Positions 50,714-63,449 of a DNA stretch of 64,000 nucleotides are shown here, one piece after another (position 1 is the first letter of the stretch; each line of letters starts with the position of its first letter). A program made the translations under genes and the position numbers. The stretch comes from Camelus ferus (lineage: Eukaryota): positions 5,582,001 through 5,646,000 of the forward strand of contig NC_045698.1 in NCBI RefSeq assembly GCF_009834535.1, written 5' to 3'. The notes under the pieces were generated by a model that saw nothing but the letters and a program-made list of their open reading frames with translations, was not told the DNA's origin and did not search any database.

Positions 50714-50728
50714 GAGGAAAGAGAGAAA
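50558..50728. repeat. Compound microsatellite (TG)n(TA)n(GA)n...(CA)n
   Basis: Read directly from the sequence. Confidence 0.95.
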
Positions 50729-51057
50729 ATAAATAGTATATTTTCAATTTTCTTTGGTCACAGCATTCTTATCTGTATACAAAATTCATATTTAACCACA
50801 ACGTATAGGCTCCTTATATAGTTTACTCTGAAATCCCCATCGTAGGAGATCAATAATGCTTGCTGATTGGTTGATAGATGAAGAATCTAGGATCCAGTGG
50901 ACAATTTAATGCTGTATAGCATCATGGATAGAGTGTAGCTAAATACGATTTTGAGAAAATTGGAGATTCATAGGATTACACTCCTGGAATGCAACCAGCA
51001 ACGTGCAGGCTTTTCTAATATTTAAACCTTTTATAAAAATAGAATAGACTGTCTTAC

Positions 51058-51935
51058 CTGATTGGGAACTTTTAAAAACTTCCCTGGAATGACCACTTTA
51101 CTAAGGGCACTGGAAAGGGAGTCCAGGTAAGGAATGGGCCTGAACACTTCATTGTCCATGACAGGGTACATCAAAGTCAATCTTTCAAGGTCCTTGGCCT
51201 CTGTTCCTTCCATCATACATGTATCCTTGGAAGTCCAAGTGACCCCAGGGTCCTCTGTAGGCAAAACGTGTGATGAGTTCTCTCTATGGCTTATTTCTTG
51301 AATGTTGGTGTATACTGGACACTCTCCATCCCAGCACCTGCGGCGCATCCACCATGTCCCTACTCCTGCATGGACCATCCCCTAGTTCAGCAGGAGCCCA
51401 CTGTAAGGAGGACTTCAGCCCAAATTCTGTGAATCTGAGATTCACCCACAGGTGCTGGAGGGCCCTTCCCAGATCCCACAAACTTCTTAACTCGAGACTG
51501 CCCCAGCCCTTTCAAATTACCACTCTGAATGAGGAGGCTTTGCCCGATGAAGACCTTTTCTACTTCATCCCTCATCCATGGCTTCTCCACCCATGGCTGG
51601 AAGGACCTTTGTTTCAGACTCTTGGATGCCCACCTGAGGCTCTTCCTGTAATCTGGTTAGTGAGCCGTCCAGGTGGACTCAACTCAAGACTCCTGACCCA
51701 GGATGGCTAGTCATAGACAATTTCCCTCCTTTCAGGTATTCTCTGCCTTTAGGGACCCACCAAATACAAAGCCATCTCCCTGGAAGCAGAGGAAGACTCC
51801 AGCTTAAAGAGCCCAGGTCTTTCTGAATCACTGGGGTAATTCGGGGGCAGTTCTCACACCCCGTGGTGTGATACTTGCCTGTTCTATTTAGTTTAGGCTC
51901 GCTGTGTGGCCAGACTGTGAGCAGGGTCATCCAAC
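51058..51935 (-). other. Candidate large exon (non-coding or decayed coding), unidentified
   Basis: Unique-looking sequence bounded on the minus strand by TTTCAG|G and CAG|GTAAGA; no continuous ORF. Confidence 0.2.
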
Positions 51936-52566
51936 CTGAAACATGTGCTTGGAGTGCCTGGCTTCGTGTGAGCCCAGGGGTGTGAGAGATGTTTAAGTTC
52001 CTTTATTATCTGGAGGGTTCAGGGACTGTTGAACCCAATAGACGATGATAGAAGCCTCTTTTTTCGCCATTTGTTTATAGACTCGTCACAGCTTGGTGCT
52101 ACAGAGGGTTACAGCTTTGATAATAAAAAAGTTAGAGAGTCTCTTTTTATTGAAGCTAAAGTTCACAAGACATTTATAGAAAATTCAGTGTCTTTTCAAA
52201 TTGTGGCATAGTTGAGAATGACAATTTCTTCCTGCCTTCCAATGTATGTAGAAAATTAGAAATTAAACAATGAGTTATAGGAGAGAAAAGCATTCAGGAA
52301 TATTCAGTCAAAAAAGACACAGTAAACCCAGTCTATTCTGCTGATTTTTTTCTGCTTGATTTTCAAGAACATTTCTCCATTTGGATTCTGGAAGAAGGGC
52401 TTTGTAGATGAGGTCACAATGTAGTAAGAAGTGCGTTGACCTGACACCAGGACACTATTAATTCCAGACTGACCCCACTACTAACTTACTGTGGGACTTT
52501 GTTCACAAAACATCTATGTTTCTCTCCTTGCTTCCTATTCTGTGAAATAAGGACACTGTTCCAGAT

Positions 52567-52882
52567 TAGTGTGGTCCCATAGAAATACAATATTAGCCAC
52601 ATTTAAAATATTCTAGTTTCTACATTAAAAGAAGTAAAAATAAATAAGTAAAATTGACTTTAATAATATAGTTTGTTCAGCTCAGTATGTCCAAGACATT
52701 ATCATTTTGGCATGCAATTAATTTAAAAATAACTATTAAGTGGATATTTTCTATTCTTTTGTTTGTACTAAGTGTTCAAAATCTGGTGGGTGTCTACACT
52801 TAGATTACATCTCAGTTCAGATCAGCCGCATTTCTAGTGGTTAATGACCACATGTGGCTAGTGGCCGCCATATTGGATAGTT
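52567..52882. mobile_element. MER33-like hAT-Charlie MITE
   Basis: GTCCCATAGAAATACAATATTAGCCACAT...CACATGTGGCTAGTGGCCGCCATATTGGATAG. Confidence 0.85.
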
Positions 52883-53084
52883 AAGGTAGTGTCTAGGGTC
52901 CTTTCTGGTCTTACATTCTGGCATCTAAGTCAATGCCTTTGAAGACACTGCTTTTGGTTTATCTTCTAAATTATTCTTTTTCAAACAAAGTACCAGGAGT
53001 TGTAATACCTGTAAAAGCAATTACAGTGGTTTACCACTCCTAAATATATACCAATCACTGGTCTTAGCGTTTAAATACATTTAC

Positions 53085-53230
53085 TTGTAATTCTCATGGT
53101 CCCACAAGAAGGTGGATAGTACCTACTATGCCCGTCTTAGAGATGACAAAGCTGAGGCACGGGGAGCCTTAGTAAATGGCCCAAGGTCACAACCAGAAGT
53201 GATGAACTGAGATTTCATCTGCAGTGTCAG
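53085..53230 (-). mobile_element. MIR SINE
   Basis: AGATGACAAAGCTGAGGCACGGGGAG...GGCCCAAGGTCACA. Confidence 0.75.
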
Positions 53231-54561
53231 CTGCAGAGACTGCATGAGGACCCTCCACAGTTCCAGCTTCTGAGTCTGCCGGCAGGAGGTGACCATGGAG
53301 CAGAAAGCGGACAGACATATCCCAGGGTAGAGTGCCATTAGTTATGTTACTTCTTTCTGGAGGCCTTGCTCTCAGGGAGGCTGACTAGTTCTATGCCTGC
53401 TGGGGTCCCCAGGGGCCATGTGGATCACCTGGACTGAAACCAAGGCATGGGAGTGCATTTTCTTTGTGCATCTCCTAAGTCTGTCACAAAGAGAGAACTT
53501 ATGAGGACAGGATTCCTGGAAGAGCACCCTCTCCTTATTTAAATATTTTCCTCCCTGTTGAAATTGAAATTGTCACTTCTGATGTCTCCTCTGCTCCTTG
53601 TCTCTGTAAAATTTGAACAGTTCCAGCCAGTGGAGAGGGAGAGTTTGTTCACTTGAAACTTACAATTTGAATGTTAATAGTTGCAAACGTGATGGACCTG
53701 AATTCCCCTGGGCAGTCTGATCAACAGTTCATAGCAAAGTCCCTTCATCAGGACAGTAAAAGTCCCCAGTGACCACAGTGCCCCTGCTGGTTTATTCTGT
53801 GTGTGTTGGAAGTATTACCTTTGGCAGCCTCTTATAGTTCATATGTTCCACTCCTGGGTTGTGAAGCCCGCAGTGTTTCTGAACCACTTGTGGAACTGAC
53901 TACAGGGAAAGACTGGATTCAAAGTTTAGTTTCCACAGGGCAGAGGGCATAGGGCATAGGTCCTGGATTAGGCCATCTCTTGGTGTGACCTAGCTCTCCA
54001 CAAAGGAGCTTAGAAAGTGGAAGGCTTGTTGGTCATATCCCATGAATTTGTTGAAAACTGGAGCTGGTAAAGTGTGAGTGGAGGTGAGAGGATATGAGTT
54101 CAAAAGGAGAGAGGGAAAAGGAATGAGAATGAAATAATAAGCAAATAACATTAATTAAAGTTACCATATAACGTTCCAAGCTAACATGCATACAAAATGT
54201 TGAGGAAACTGAGTTTAAAGAGATGTATTTAGCAAATTTACCATATTTATCATATTTAAAGAGGTTATTTACCAAAGATCACAGAGGCTAAAATCTCTTT
54301 AAATTTTCCACCCTTGATTGGAAACCTTCTACCTCTGGCTTCCCCCTGTGCTAGGGGCCCGGCCCAGCCCAGAGCATCCATCAGGGAGGCATGTGGTCAT
54401 TCCAGCATCACCTCTTCCTCTTCTCTGCCTCGGTGCAGCGTGCTGCCTTCATAACACGCAGCACATGGGGGTGGATACACAGTGCTCCTTCAGTGCACCC
54501 TGAGGGTCAGGAGCGTCTGTAAGCCCTGTGGGACTTGCTATCCTGAGTGTCAGGATCTCAC

Positions 54562-54695
54562 CCAGGCTCATTTTAGGGACCCGATAAAGAAGTCTGACAC
54601 CACAGACAAGATGAATACGTACAAGGAAAAACACTATCTGGGTAAACTTCAGAAGCCTAAGGAAGGTCTCTTGGCTTCAATCATCCTTATCAATC
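54562..54695 (-). other. Candidate 134-nt internal exon
   Basis: Minus strand: strong acceptor CCCTTCTCTTTCCCAG|G and donor TGG|GTGAGA; ATG 10 nt before the donor. Confidence 0.3.
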
Positions 54696-55694
54696 CTGGG
54701 AAAGAGAAGGGTAAGAACCGTTTTGATAATGACACATTTTTATCTTTGAACATTTCCATTACATCTCATGTTTTAGAGGAAGTATAAAACTACACAGTTA
54801 AAAAGCATATAAAATTCCACAAATAATGTTGACTCTTTAAAAAACAAATTTTAACTGTAATTACATTGGGTTTAATTTTTTAAATGTTGCCAAATAAATT
54901 AGGTCAAAACGTTGTTTATGACTATAAATTATCTTTTGAGTAAGCCCCATGTGACTTATTTTGGGGGTATGTGTATGTAGCGGCCTGGTAGAGAATGTTC
55001 TAGATTACTTTTCCTGCTTCCAATTATAATTTGTGAAGATATTCATGTCATTGAGTCTAAACAGATCATTTTGTGTAGTAATACATAATTTTATGCAAGA
55101 GTTTCTAGATGAACACATGCTATTATCATAATTGTTCCTATTTTATAATATACTTGTTAAAATAATATTGTTCCTAAAAGTGTTGGCTTCAACAAAATAA
55201 AAATACAGCTATATGTAGAAAAAGCTTTAGGATAAAAATAGTGACAACTTTCAGTAAGCTAATAATATGCTTGCTCAGGTTAGTATTATGAATTAATTTT
55301 TGTGATATTATTCAATAGAATGATAGTCTCACCTTACATGTCAGTTTGTGGCAGAATATTTGTGACCTTAATTTAAGAATGAAAAGGATTTTCACACTGA
55401 TCTATCCATATTCACCTTCATAACCCCTTAATCTCAATCTCAATTTCACGTAAAGGTTCAGATGGATTTAATTTCATATTTCTTATTATTTTTATATAAA
55501 AATAAGTTATTTTGATTTTTAGTTCATGCAAACAAAAACAAGTTGAAGATTTCATTTCATTTATTACCTAAACACATGATCAAATCAAGGATTTTAAGTT
55601 CAAACCAATATATTTTAGTTAGGCTCCATAGGCTGTCATATTTTAACAAAAATAATTAAGATAATATATAAGAAATTAATTTTAAATTTATATT

Positions 55695-55879
55695 GGAAGT
55701 TTGGGATTGGCAGATACAAAATACTATGTATAAACTGATAAACAGTAAGGTCCTACTGTATAGTTTAGGGAGCTATATTCAATGGCTTGTAATAACCTGT
55801 AATAAGAATATAAAAAAGAATATATATGCATAATTGAATCATTATGCTGTACACAAGAAAGTAATACAACATTGGAAAT
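55695..55879 (+). mobile_element. Short L1 3'UTR end (related to the 23.5-kb L1)
   Basis: GAAGTTTGGGATTGGCAGATAC...GGTCCTACTGTATAG...ATCAACTACATTTCAATAAAA, similar to 23840-24037. Confidence 0.88.
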
Positions 55880-56164
55880 CAACTACATTTCAATAAAAAT
55901 TTCAAATGTCTGAAAATATCTCAATGGTCACCTGATAACTTTCCTGAAATTTCTATTTGATTACAGGTAGGATATGCTTACAGGTGAATTTTGATAATTT
56001 TAGATATCTCCTGTTATGATTAACACCATAAATTACATGCATGTTTCCAGCTTTCATTTATTTATGTTTTTTAAAAATCTTGAGACCGTTACAGATGAGC
56101 TAGTCTAATTCAACAATAGGGTTTATTGAGTAAGTATTAGGTCTTGACACATTAATTATATTGT

Positions 56165-56293
56165 CCTGTAGAATCTTAGCTCCATGAGAAGAGCTGTCTC
56201 TGCTGACTGCTCACTGATGTATCCCATGTGCCGAGAATAGTGCTGGGGACACGGTAGCCCTCAATAGATGTCTGTTGAATGGATGAATGAATG
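56165..56293 (+). mobile_element. L2 3' terminus
   Basis: AGCTCCATGAG...CCTCAATAGATGTCTGTTGAATGGATGAATGAATGA. Confidence 0.8.
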
Positions 56294-57739
56294 ACTATGC
56301 TGGAGAAGCATCTAGGCTCTAAGGCACATGGGCATTTCCCTTCCTTCTCTCTCTGTACAGTCCTGATTCATAGCCACAACCCCCAAAATTTCAAGTCAAC
56401 CTCTCTCACTTTCTCACAAATCAATGAAACTAATTTCATGTTCTTATTCTCATTTTAATGACATGTCATATGGAAACCCAAGTTAAGTGAAATATCCCTC
56501 AAGTCAGAATTCCATTCTTTTCACTAGTAGAACTGTATTATAAAAATATTATTCAATCATTATTATACTATTTTTAATTTCATTGATAGAAATTTGTAAA
56601 AAATTTTACTGTTCTGTAAGCACTTACAGAATATCCTTAGTTTTGCCTCTTGGCCTGTTAAACCTAAAACATTCAAAGTTTAGGAGCAGATTCATCATTC
56701 TAAGTGCTTGCGTTCAAAAAGAAATATTTCAGAACAATAATTCAAGTTTCCACCTTAAAAAGCTTGAAAAAGAAGAACAAATTAATACCAAATGTACTAC
56801 AAAGATGGAAAGATCAGAATTTATGAACAAATACAGTATTCAAGACTGGTGGTGAATAAAAAGAAATAAATAGATTCATGCTTCCACAACTGTGAAAAAT
56901 GTAGCCATGTTGTAAACGCCAACTAATAACAAACAGTTCTTAAGAATGTCAAAGCACATGTAAAAAATGAATAACTTAGACTTAAAATTCCAGATGATTT
57001 CTTTAACACATGAGGAGTGAGAAGAAATTGATGGATATAAGTATGTAACTGATTTATCCTTTCCAAGTCCGGGAGATCTCACACAGGGTTAAGTAAAAAG
57101 TATGTCTAAATGTTTTTGTTAAACATTTAAGTGAGTCGAATAGAAGAATATAAAGGGTTATATATTAGTTTTCATCATAAATTTGAATGGGTATATTTCT
57201 TCCCAGTTTAGTTGAAATAAATATTCAGCTAAAAGCGATTTACAAGGATGCATACAAAAAAAAAAATAAAACAATGACGCACTGTATGCTGAGTTTATTA
57301 GAAGCACTAGACCGACTTTTGCATGGATCATCTCATCTCATCCTCAGAACGACAGTATGAGCCGAGTAGGTTACTGAACCACAGCTTGACTCCAGAGACA
57401 ACACTGTGAACAGTTATGCTATATAAAAATGAAACGTAAGCGTATGATAAAAAGATCTATCAGGAATCAGTTAATAAAAAGATAGCAAGCCTGGCAGGTG
57501 TAAAGTCAGAATTTCAGCTGAAAAGCATTAAATGGGACAAATGGAGACAAAAATTACAGTCCATGAAGAACACAGCCTACCCCTGCTATAAAGACTCTTA
57601 CCTGTGCGAAACCAACTTTATGTGACTTATGTGCAGAAATCTACAATCCAACATGAATATAACCCTCAGTATTCAGGATTCAAAGGAATCATTTGCAAAA
57701 AATCCGAAGTGTAAATACAATGAGCAGTTTTGATCTAAT

Positions 57740-58605
57740 GGACACACACATAACATTTACCACAGCAAGGGATTAATATCAATAATGTATGATGAATCCC
57801 TAATACACAATAAAAATAGACAAATGACCGTGCAGAAAAGTGTTCAGAATATAAATAAGCATGACAACAAAAGAAGCTGAAATGAGACAATCTTATCTCA
57901 TAGTCAGGGAAGCAAATCATAAAATCAATTATATATGTATATATGATTTATATACAGTATTATATTAGTCTATCACATTGGTAAAAATAGAAAAATACAG
58001 CAATGCAGAAATGAGGACTTCCATTTTTTAACAGCTTGTCACAGACCATTTAACGAACAATTCAGTAGTGCTTATCAGATGTTAAGGGCGCGTGTTCTGG
58101 GACCAGCACCTCCACTTTCAGCCTCCCTCACACGGAAGGGATAAGCCATGAGCCCTAACACAGGTGGACAAAAAGTCCTCTGGAACCTGGTTTGTGCTAG
58201 TGACAAGCTGGAAACAACCTGGATGTTTGTCAATAGGCGATGGCTATTTCGAGTACGTGTGCATGAATTATGTTACACTATACAGATTTTAACGGGAACG
58301 CACTACTTTTAGCTGAATGCACTACTTTGAAAAGAAGGCAGTCATTTTGTTAAATTAGATGTAAACAGAGAAATTTGCAAGAAGGGGTAGAGAAGAAATT
58401 TCTCTCTCTATGTTTACATACTATAGTTTAGCCTGGAAAGATAGACACTGTTAAGAATGATTCCTTTTTGGGGGGTGATTACAATTCCCCAACTGAGTGA
58501 AGCAGGGAGAGTGAAGGAGAAGGATTCTGTTTTAAATTCTGAATGGTTCTCTTGTTTTACAAATAGCATGACATCATATATTACTTTTGCAAATAAAATA
58601 AACAT
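57740..58605 (+). mobile_element. Old L1 (L1ME-like) 3' region
   Basis: CAAGGGATTAATATC, CTGGAAACAACCTGGATGTTTGTCAATAGG, A-rich end. Confidence 0.6.
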
Positions 58606-58711
58606 GAGTATACCCCAAAACCAGTAAAATATTTCTTGAGCAGGTTAAATTGTTTTATGTTAACATTTGATTTTGCAGTTTTCAAGAAAACGTATTTTCA
58701 AAATGTGAAAA

Positions 58712-58800
58712 CAAATATATGTATGGATAGGGTGACTGGGACATTGTGCTGTACACCAGAAATCGACACATTGTAACTGACTGTACTTCAGTTAAAAAAA
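58712..58800 (+). mobile_element. Very short L1 3' end
   Basis: TGCTGTACACCAGAAATCGACACATTGTAACTGACTGTACTTCAGTTAAAAAAA. Confidence 0.8.
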
Positions 58801-59379
58801 GAAAATATATTCTCAATATTAATTTGTGAAGACTTTGACAATTTTAGGAATTTTAAAATCGATTTCACCACTGAAAGTTTTCCAGTGAGGTTTTTAATAC
58901 TCTTGGCTACTGGATTATTATCTACTTTGTACTTTTGAGGATTTATTTTCAATTTTACTAGATAAGGCACTCTCCCGTTTTTTAACGATGTGTCTGGCAA
59001 CAAATTTGTGGAGTGAGATGTCATGGTAACAAGATAAAGACTCCAGCAGGGGAAAGGTGAAGGCAGAGTTCATCCTGTGTTTTTCTGTTGTTGTTGACAT
59101 ACTGAGAACCGAATTAACCTTGGAAAATAAAGCAGCTTCAACGGGCGGTTTGCCCTGGATCTGTTTTAGGTACTTCCACAAGGAGGGCGGAAAGACTGAC
59201 TGGTAACATCCTTGCCTATGTTATAAGACCTTCTCCAGAATGGTGCTTCCCACACCACAAAGCAGAGATCGTGGTCCTTTAATAACCTCCTGATAACCAG
59301 ATCCTCTCTCGTGTTTGCTTCCTGAGGTCACCAACCCAGGGACCTGGCATGGTTTCAATATCCTCAGCTTCAAACACCG

Positions 59380-60740
59380 GCCCCGCAGCGTCCTCGTCCA
59401 CGCACCTGTGACCAGCACCGCGGCCTGTGACCACTCGGATCGGGTGGGGAGCGCCATTTGTCACCCACGTACGTGCTCACTCACACCCGTGGTGAGGACC
59501 TCCACCCACCCTGCAGACACCCAGCTCCGAGTCCGGGAACAGACATTCGGTCCCAGGCCAGGAGACAGACAGGTGGATGGTTAGCACCTCCGCCTGGGTG
59601 GTCCCATGACCCGCTGGGGGACATTACACGTCACACTGAAGCGGAAAAGCCATCGCCCCGCCCACAGCCGAGCGCAGCCGCCGCCAAGGGACCCGCCTGT
59701 GAGAGGCCCCGGAAAGCAAGTCAGAGGCAAGGGTGCCCCTGCCGGCATTGTCTGCGGCGCCCCAGAAGCCAGCGCAGGTGCGACTTTGCTCAGGCCCCCT
59801 CTGTGGGGCTCTGCGGGACAGAGGACCCCTCCGGGGCCTGACCGCCCCCAGGCTCCGGGGCTCGGCTGGTGACACTGCCCTGTGGAGGCCGGCCTTCTCC
59901 GGCTCACGGGGGTGCCGTCCCGGATCCGATTTATTTCACTCCACCTGTGTGCCAGGGTTTTCCTTCAGCTTGTCCCCTGTGCTGACGGAGACTCGTGTTT
60001 TTCATAATTAGTCCCCCCGGGGTGTCTCTTTCTATTTTATTCTCCCAATTTATTGCTCTCCGTGGCCCGACATCATGCAGCCGCGTGCAGAAGCAGCGTC
60101 CCTTCCAGACGGGGACCACGGCGGGGACCTGCTCGCAGGGCTGCCGCTGAGGAGGAGAAGGTGGGAAAGTGGGAGGAGGAGCGGGAGGCCTCTGGGGGCT
60201 GCAGGTGGGGCCAGGGGTGGGCCAGGGCCCTGGTGTCCCTGTAAAGAGCTATCCCTCTGCAGGGTCACGCGGAGCTCTCTAACTTGCAGTGCAGCGGCCT
60301 CTCAGAACGCAAAGCAGGGGTAACAGCTTAATGTGAGACTGATTAACTTAAACCACTTCAAAGGTGGATACGTTGAGTTGGGGTGAGGAAGGCAGGGGGC
60401 AAAGGGCGGTGAGGGCAGGAGAGGCGCTCAGGGGTCACGTGGGAGGCTTGATGGTGGCGGGTGGGCAGCTGGGCAGCAGCCGCGTGGAGCCGCCCCCGGG
60501 GCAGCAGCGCCGTCAGTGAGCTCCGGTTCCAGGTAGAGCGCCTGGTCCGTCTCTACCAGCCGCCCCCGGGGCAATGCCCAGCCCTGTGCTGTTCCCTCTG
60601 CTTCCTCCGGTGGGTGAGATCGGAGCCGGGCAGGTGTCCAGAAAACCGCGGTTCGGCACGCGTGTCTGCAGGGAAACAGCCTGTGAATACGATCTGTCTT
60701 CTAAACAGGAGGGCGAATCTGAGCGGATAAAGCCATTGCT
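59380..60740. promoter_or_regulatory. CpG island, candidate promoter
   Basis: Visibly high GC and CpG density against AT-rich flanks; GTCACGTG E-box near 60435, CGCCATTT near 59452, CACGTACGTG, GC-box-like motifs. Confidence 0.7.
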
Positions 60741-62033
60741 GTATTACAGGCGGCTTCAGCCATTTGTATTTCCAGTTCTGCCTTTAATAAGTTGTGATCT
60801 GCATTGGCTCAAAGGTTTCAAGAAAATGATTTGAAAAGTCACTTACCTAAATATTATTTTGTAATTCATATAAAAATAGCATAACTCATTTCGCACTTTA
60901 GAAATTAAACAATTTTTTGCTAAAAATTGTCTTCTTAAAGCTTGTGTACCGACCTACCCTTATTTCCAGCCCATCTAGAAACAAGAACTATAATGACTAA
61001 AACTTTCCAGGGAAGTCTGGGTACCTGCAGTCCTTCACCTATGTCTCAAAAACGTCCTGGCTCTGACCTTTGACTATAAAATAAAACTGCTTTATAATAA
61101 GGAGAGGAAAAAAAAAACAAAACAAACCCTCCTGGGCCTTAGCCGTGCTCACAGTGTCCCGCTATGAAGACCTGATGGAGGAGACTCCTGTGTGCTCACA
61201 AGTGCCTGCACTTGTGTAGATCATATCTGGGAGGACACCCCAGAAGCTTGTTCCAGTCATGTGGCTTCTGGTAGGTTACCCTAAGGAATGGGTGGTAGAG
61301 CCTTAATTTTCACTATTCGTCTTTTAATTTCATTGAAATTTTGCGCTACTGAAATTTTATTTCTTTGAAATGCACACATGTGCATTACTTAGTCAAAAAA
61401 ATGAAAACAGGAGCTTGAGAACATAATATAGAAATAGGAGGAGTGTCATATTGGCCAGCTGCTATAACTAAAGACAAACACTAGAGAAAGGCACTTGCAT
61501 AAGAGAAGATTTTCACCGTGGTCATGTATGTACAGAGAATCCACAAAGGAAGTAATGTTTCAGTTACCGCTATTCTGTCTTGGTTACCTGCAACCATGGT
61601 AAGTTAAAAGGTATTTAGTGCAGATTCCTTCAGGTTACCCATTAAAAAATGTGAATGATTTTCTTTTTTTTTTTTTTTTTGTTCTCAGTGTATTAAAACA
61701 CCCTTGATATATGCATAAGTAACTGACAGAGCTAAGGGAATTCTTTTCCTCTAAACACTTCAAATCAAATTTATCTTTGGCTAGAAAACAGCTAGAGAAA
61801 TTTTAAGCTAAATTTTTTTTCCCTAAGAAGTTAGAAGTGGCTAAGAACAAGACTTTAGCATGAAAGTAATTTCTCAACCATAGCTAATGGTATTCTGCAA
61901 ATCTTCCATGCAGTTCAGAAGTAAACTGCAGACAGAAAATTAGGCTAGAGAATAGCCCAGAGGAGGAAATGGGCCATTTTTAGTACAATATGGCTTTCTC
62001 ATTCTAACCCAATATTTCAGATTTATTTACTGA

Positions 62034-62093
62034 TATATATATATACATACACACACACACACGTATACACACACACATACACACACACTCACA
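62034..62093. repeat. (TA)n(CA)n microsatellite
   Basis: Read directly from the sequence. Confidence 0.9.
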
Positions 62094-63084
62094 TAAACCT
62101 CTTTCCCCTCCAGAGTTGAAATATACTTTAAAAAATTCTAAATAACTCAGAAAAAAAGTTACAGCCTTAAGCAACATTCCCAAATTCTCAGCTTCCCCTA
62201 TGCTTTTCCACTGAATGCTATCGCATATAGATCTACCAGCTGCCTTGTACTAGGTTTCATGGTACACATGTATAAAAAAAATGCTTCTTAATCTGTCTCT
62301 TAAGTAAGACCGTTTAAGATGTTTCCAATTTTTGCTGTGGTGTATTGCAACAAAATAATTGTATACACATCTTTGGGCACATTTATACTAAGGTAAGTGC
62401 ATTTTTATGTTGGGTTAATATTTCTCTCTACCTGTTGTCCTAATGAAAATTTTTCCAATTGTGACTGCCTATGTAAAGAATCAGATCATACTTCAAGCAT
62501 ATTATTTAGACTAAATATGTTTGAGTATATAGAACATACAGATTTAAGAATATTTTAGACTATACAAATTTAAGAGTATTTAATTTTTTTTATTAGTGCC
62601 AAATAGCCTTCAGGTCCTAGATGCAAATTGTAATTCCTTGCTACTTGGTGAGTACTTTCAGAACCACACATTTGGACATTTTTTGTTTTCTTAAAGAAAA
62701 GAAAGGAAGTATATAGTCGCCATTTCTTGGGATGACACTCTGTTGCTTGTCTTGTGCTTTTGCTATGTAAGAGGAAGGATTTAGCGCATCCATTAATTTG
62801 GCTGTTCCTTTATTTCGGTGCTGCTAATGTTCAAAGCCACACTGTCCTCCAAAGCTGAGTCCATTTCTAGCCCTGCCAGCAGCACAAACCACACAACTCC
62901 ATGGAATTCAGACAATGGTCCCTCTGTTTCAAGGAAATAAGGTAAGTGGAGAGGTGTTTACCTGGGGTCTGATTGATGTTGGTTGTAAAACCAGAAGCTT
63001 AGAGTCCTGTTCTTGTTGGACCAGGAAAAACTAGGAAACCTTGAGTGAAAGATGTTTATTTGGTTTTTCTTTTCTTTTTTTTTT

Positions 63085-63370
63085 TTTTTTAGTAATTTTT
63101 TGTTTTTATAATGTGATTGAGTTTCCAGTTGTTCTAATGCCATTTATGGAAAAGACTATCCTTTCTCCATTTCATTTCTTTGCTCCTTATTTTGGGAAAG
63201 ATTAGTTGACTTTGTTTATTAGGGTCTTTATTTCTCTCTATTCTATTCCATCAATCTGTTTATTTTGTTACCAATATTCTTTTGCCAATTTTTAAATTCG
63301 TTTGTCTGTCTTGATTTATTACGGCTTTATGGTGAGTCTTAAAGTGAATCGTCTTAGTCCTCCACCGTTC
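63085..63370 (-). mobile_element. Old L1 ORF2 fragment
   Basis: CCATTTATGGAAAAGACTATCCTTTCTCCATT...GCTTTATGGTGAGTCTTAAAGT. Confidence 0.75.
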
Positions 63371-63449
63371 TTCAATATCGTTCTTGATCTTCAGCGTCCT
63401 GCTGGGTCGTCTTAGTCTTAAGCCTTTCTTTTCATACTGTTGGATTAAT

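Noticed and set aside
59221..60730. Many overlapping ORFs in the CpG island
   Set aside because: Expected from stop-codon scarcity in GC-rich DNA; none resembles a known protein
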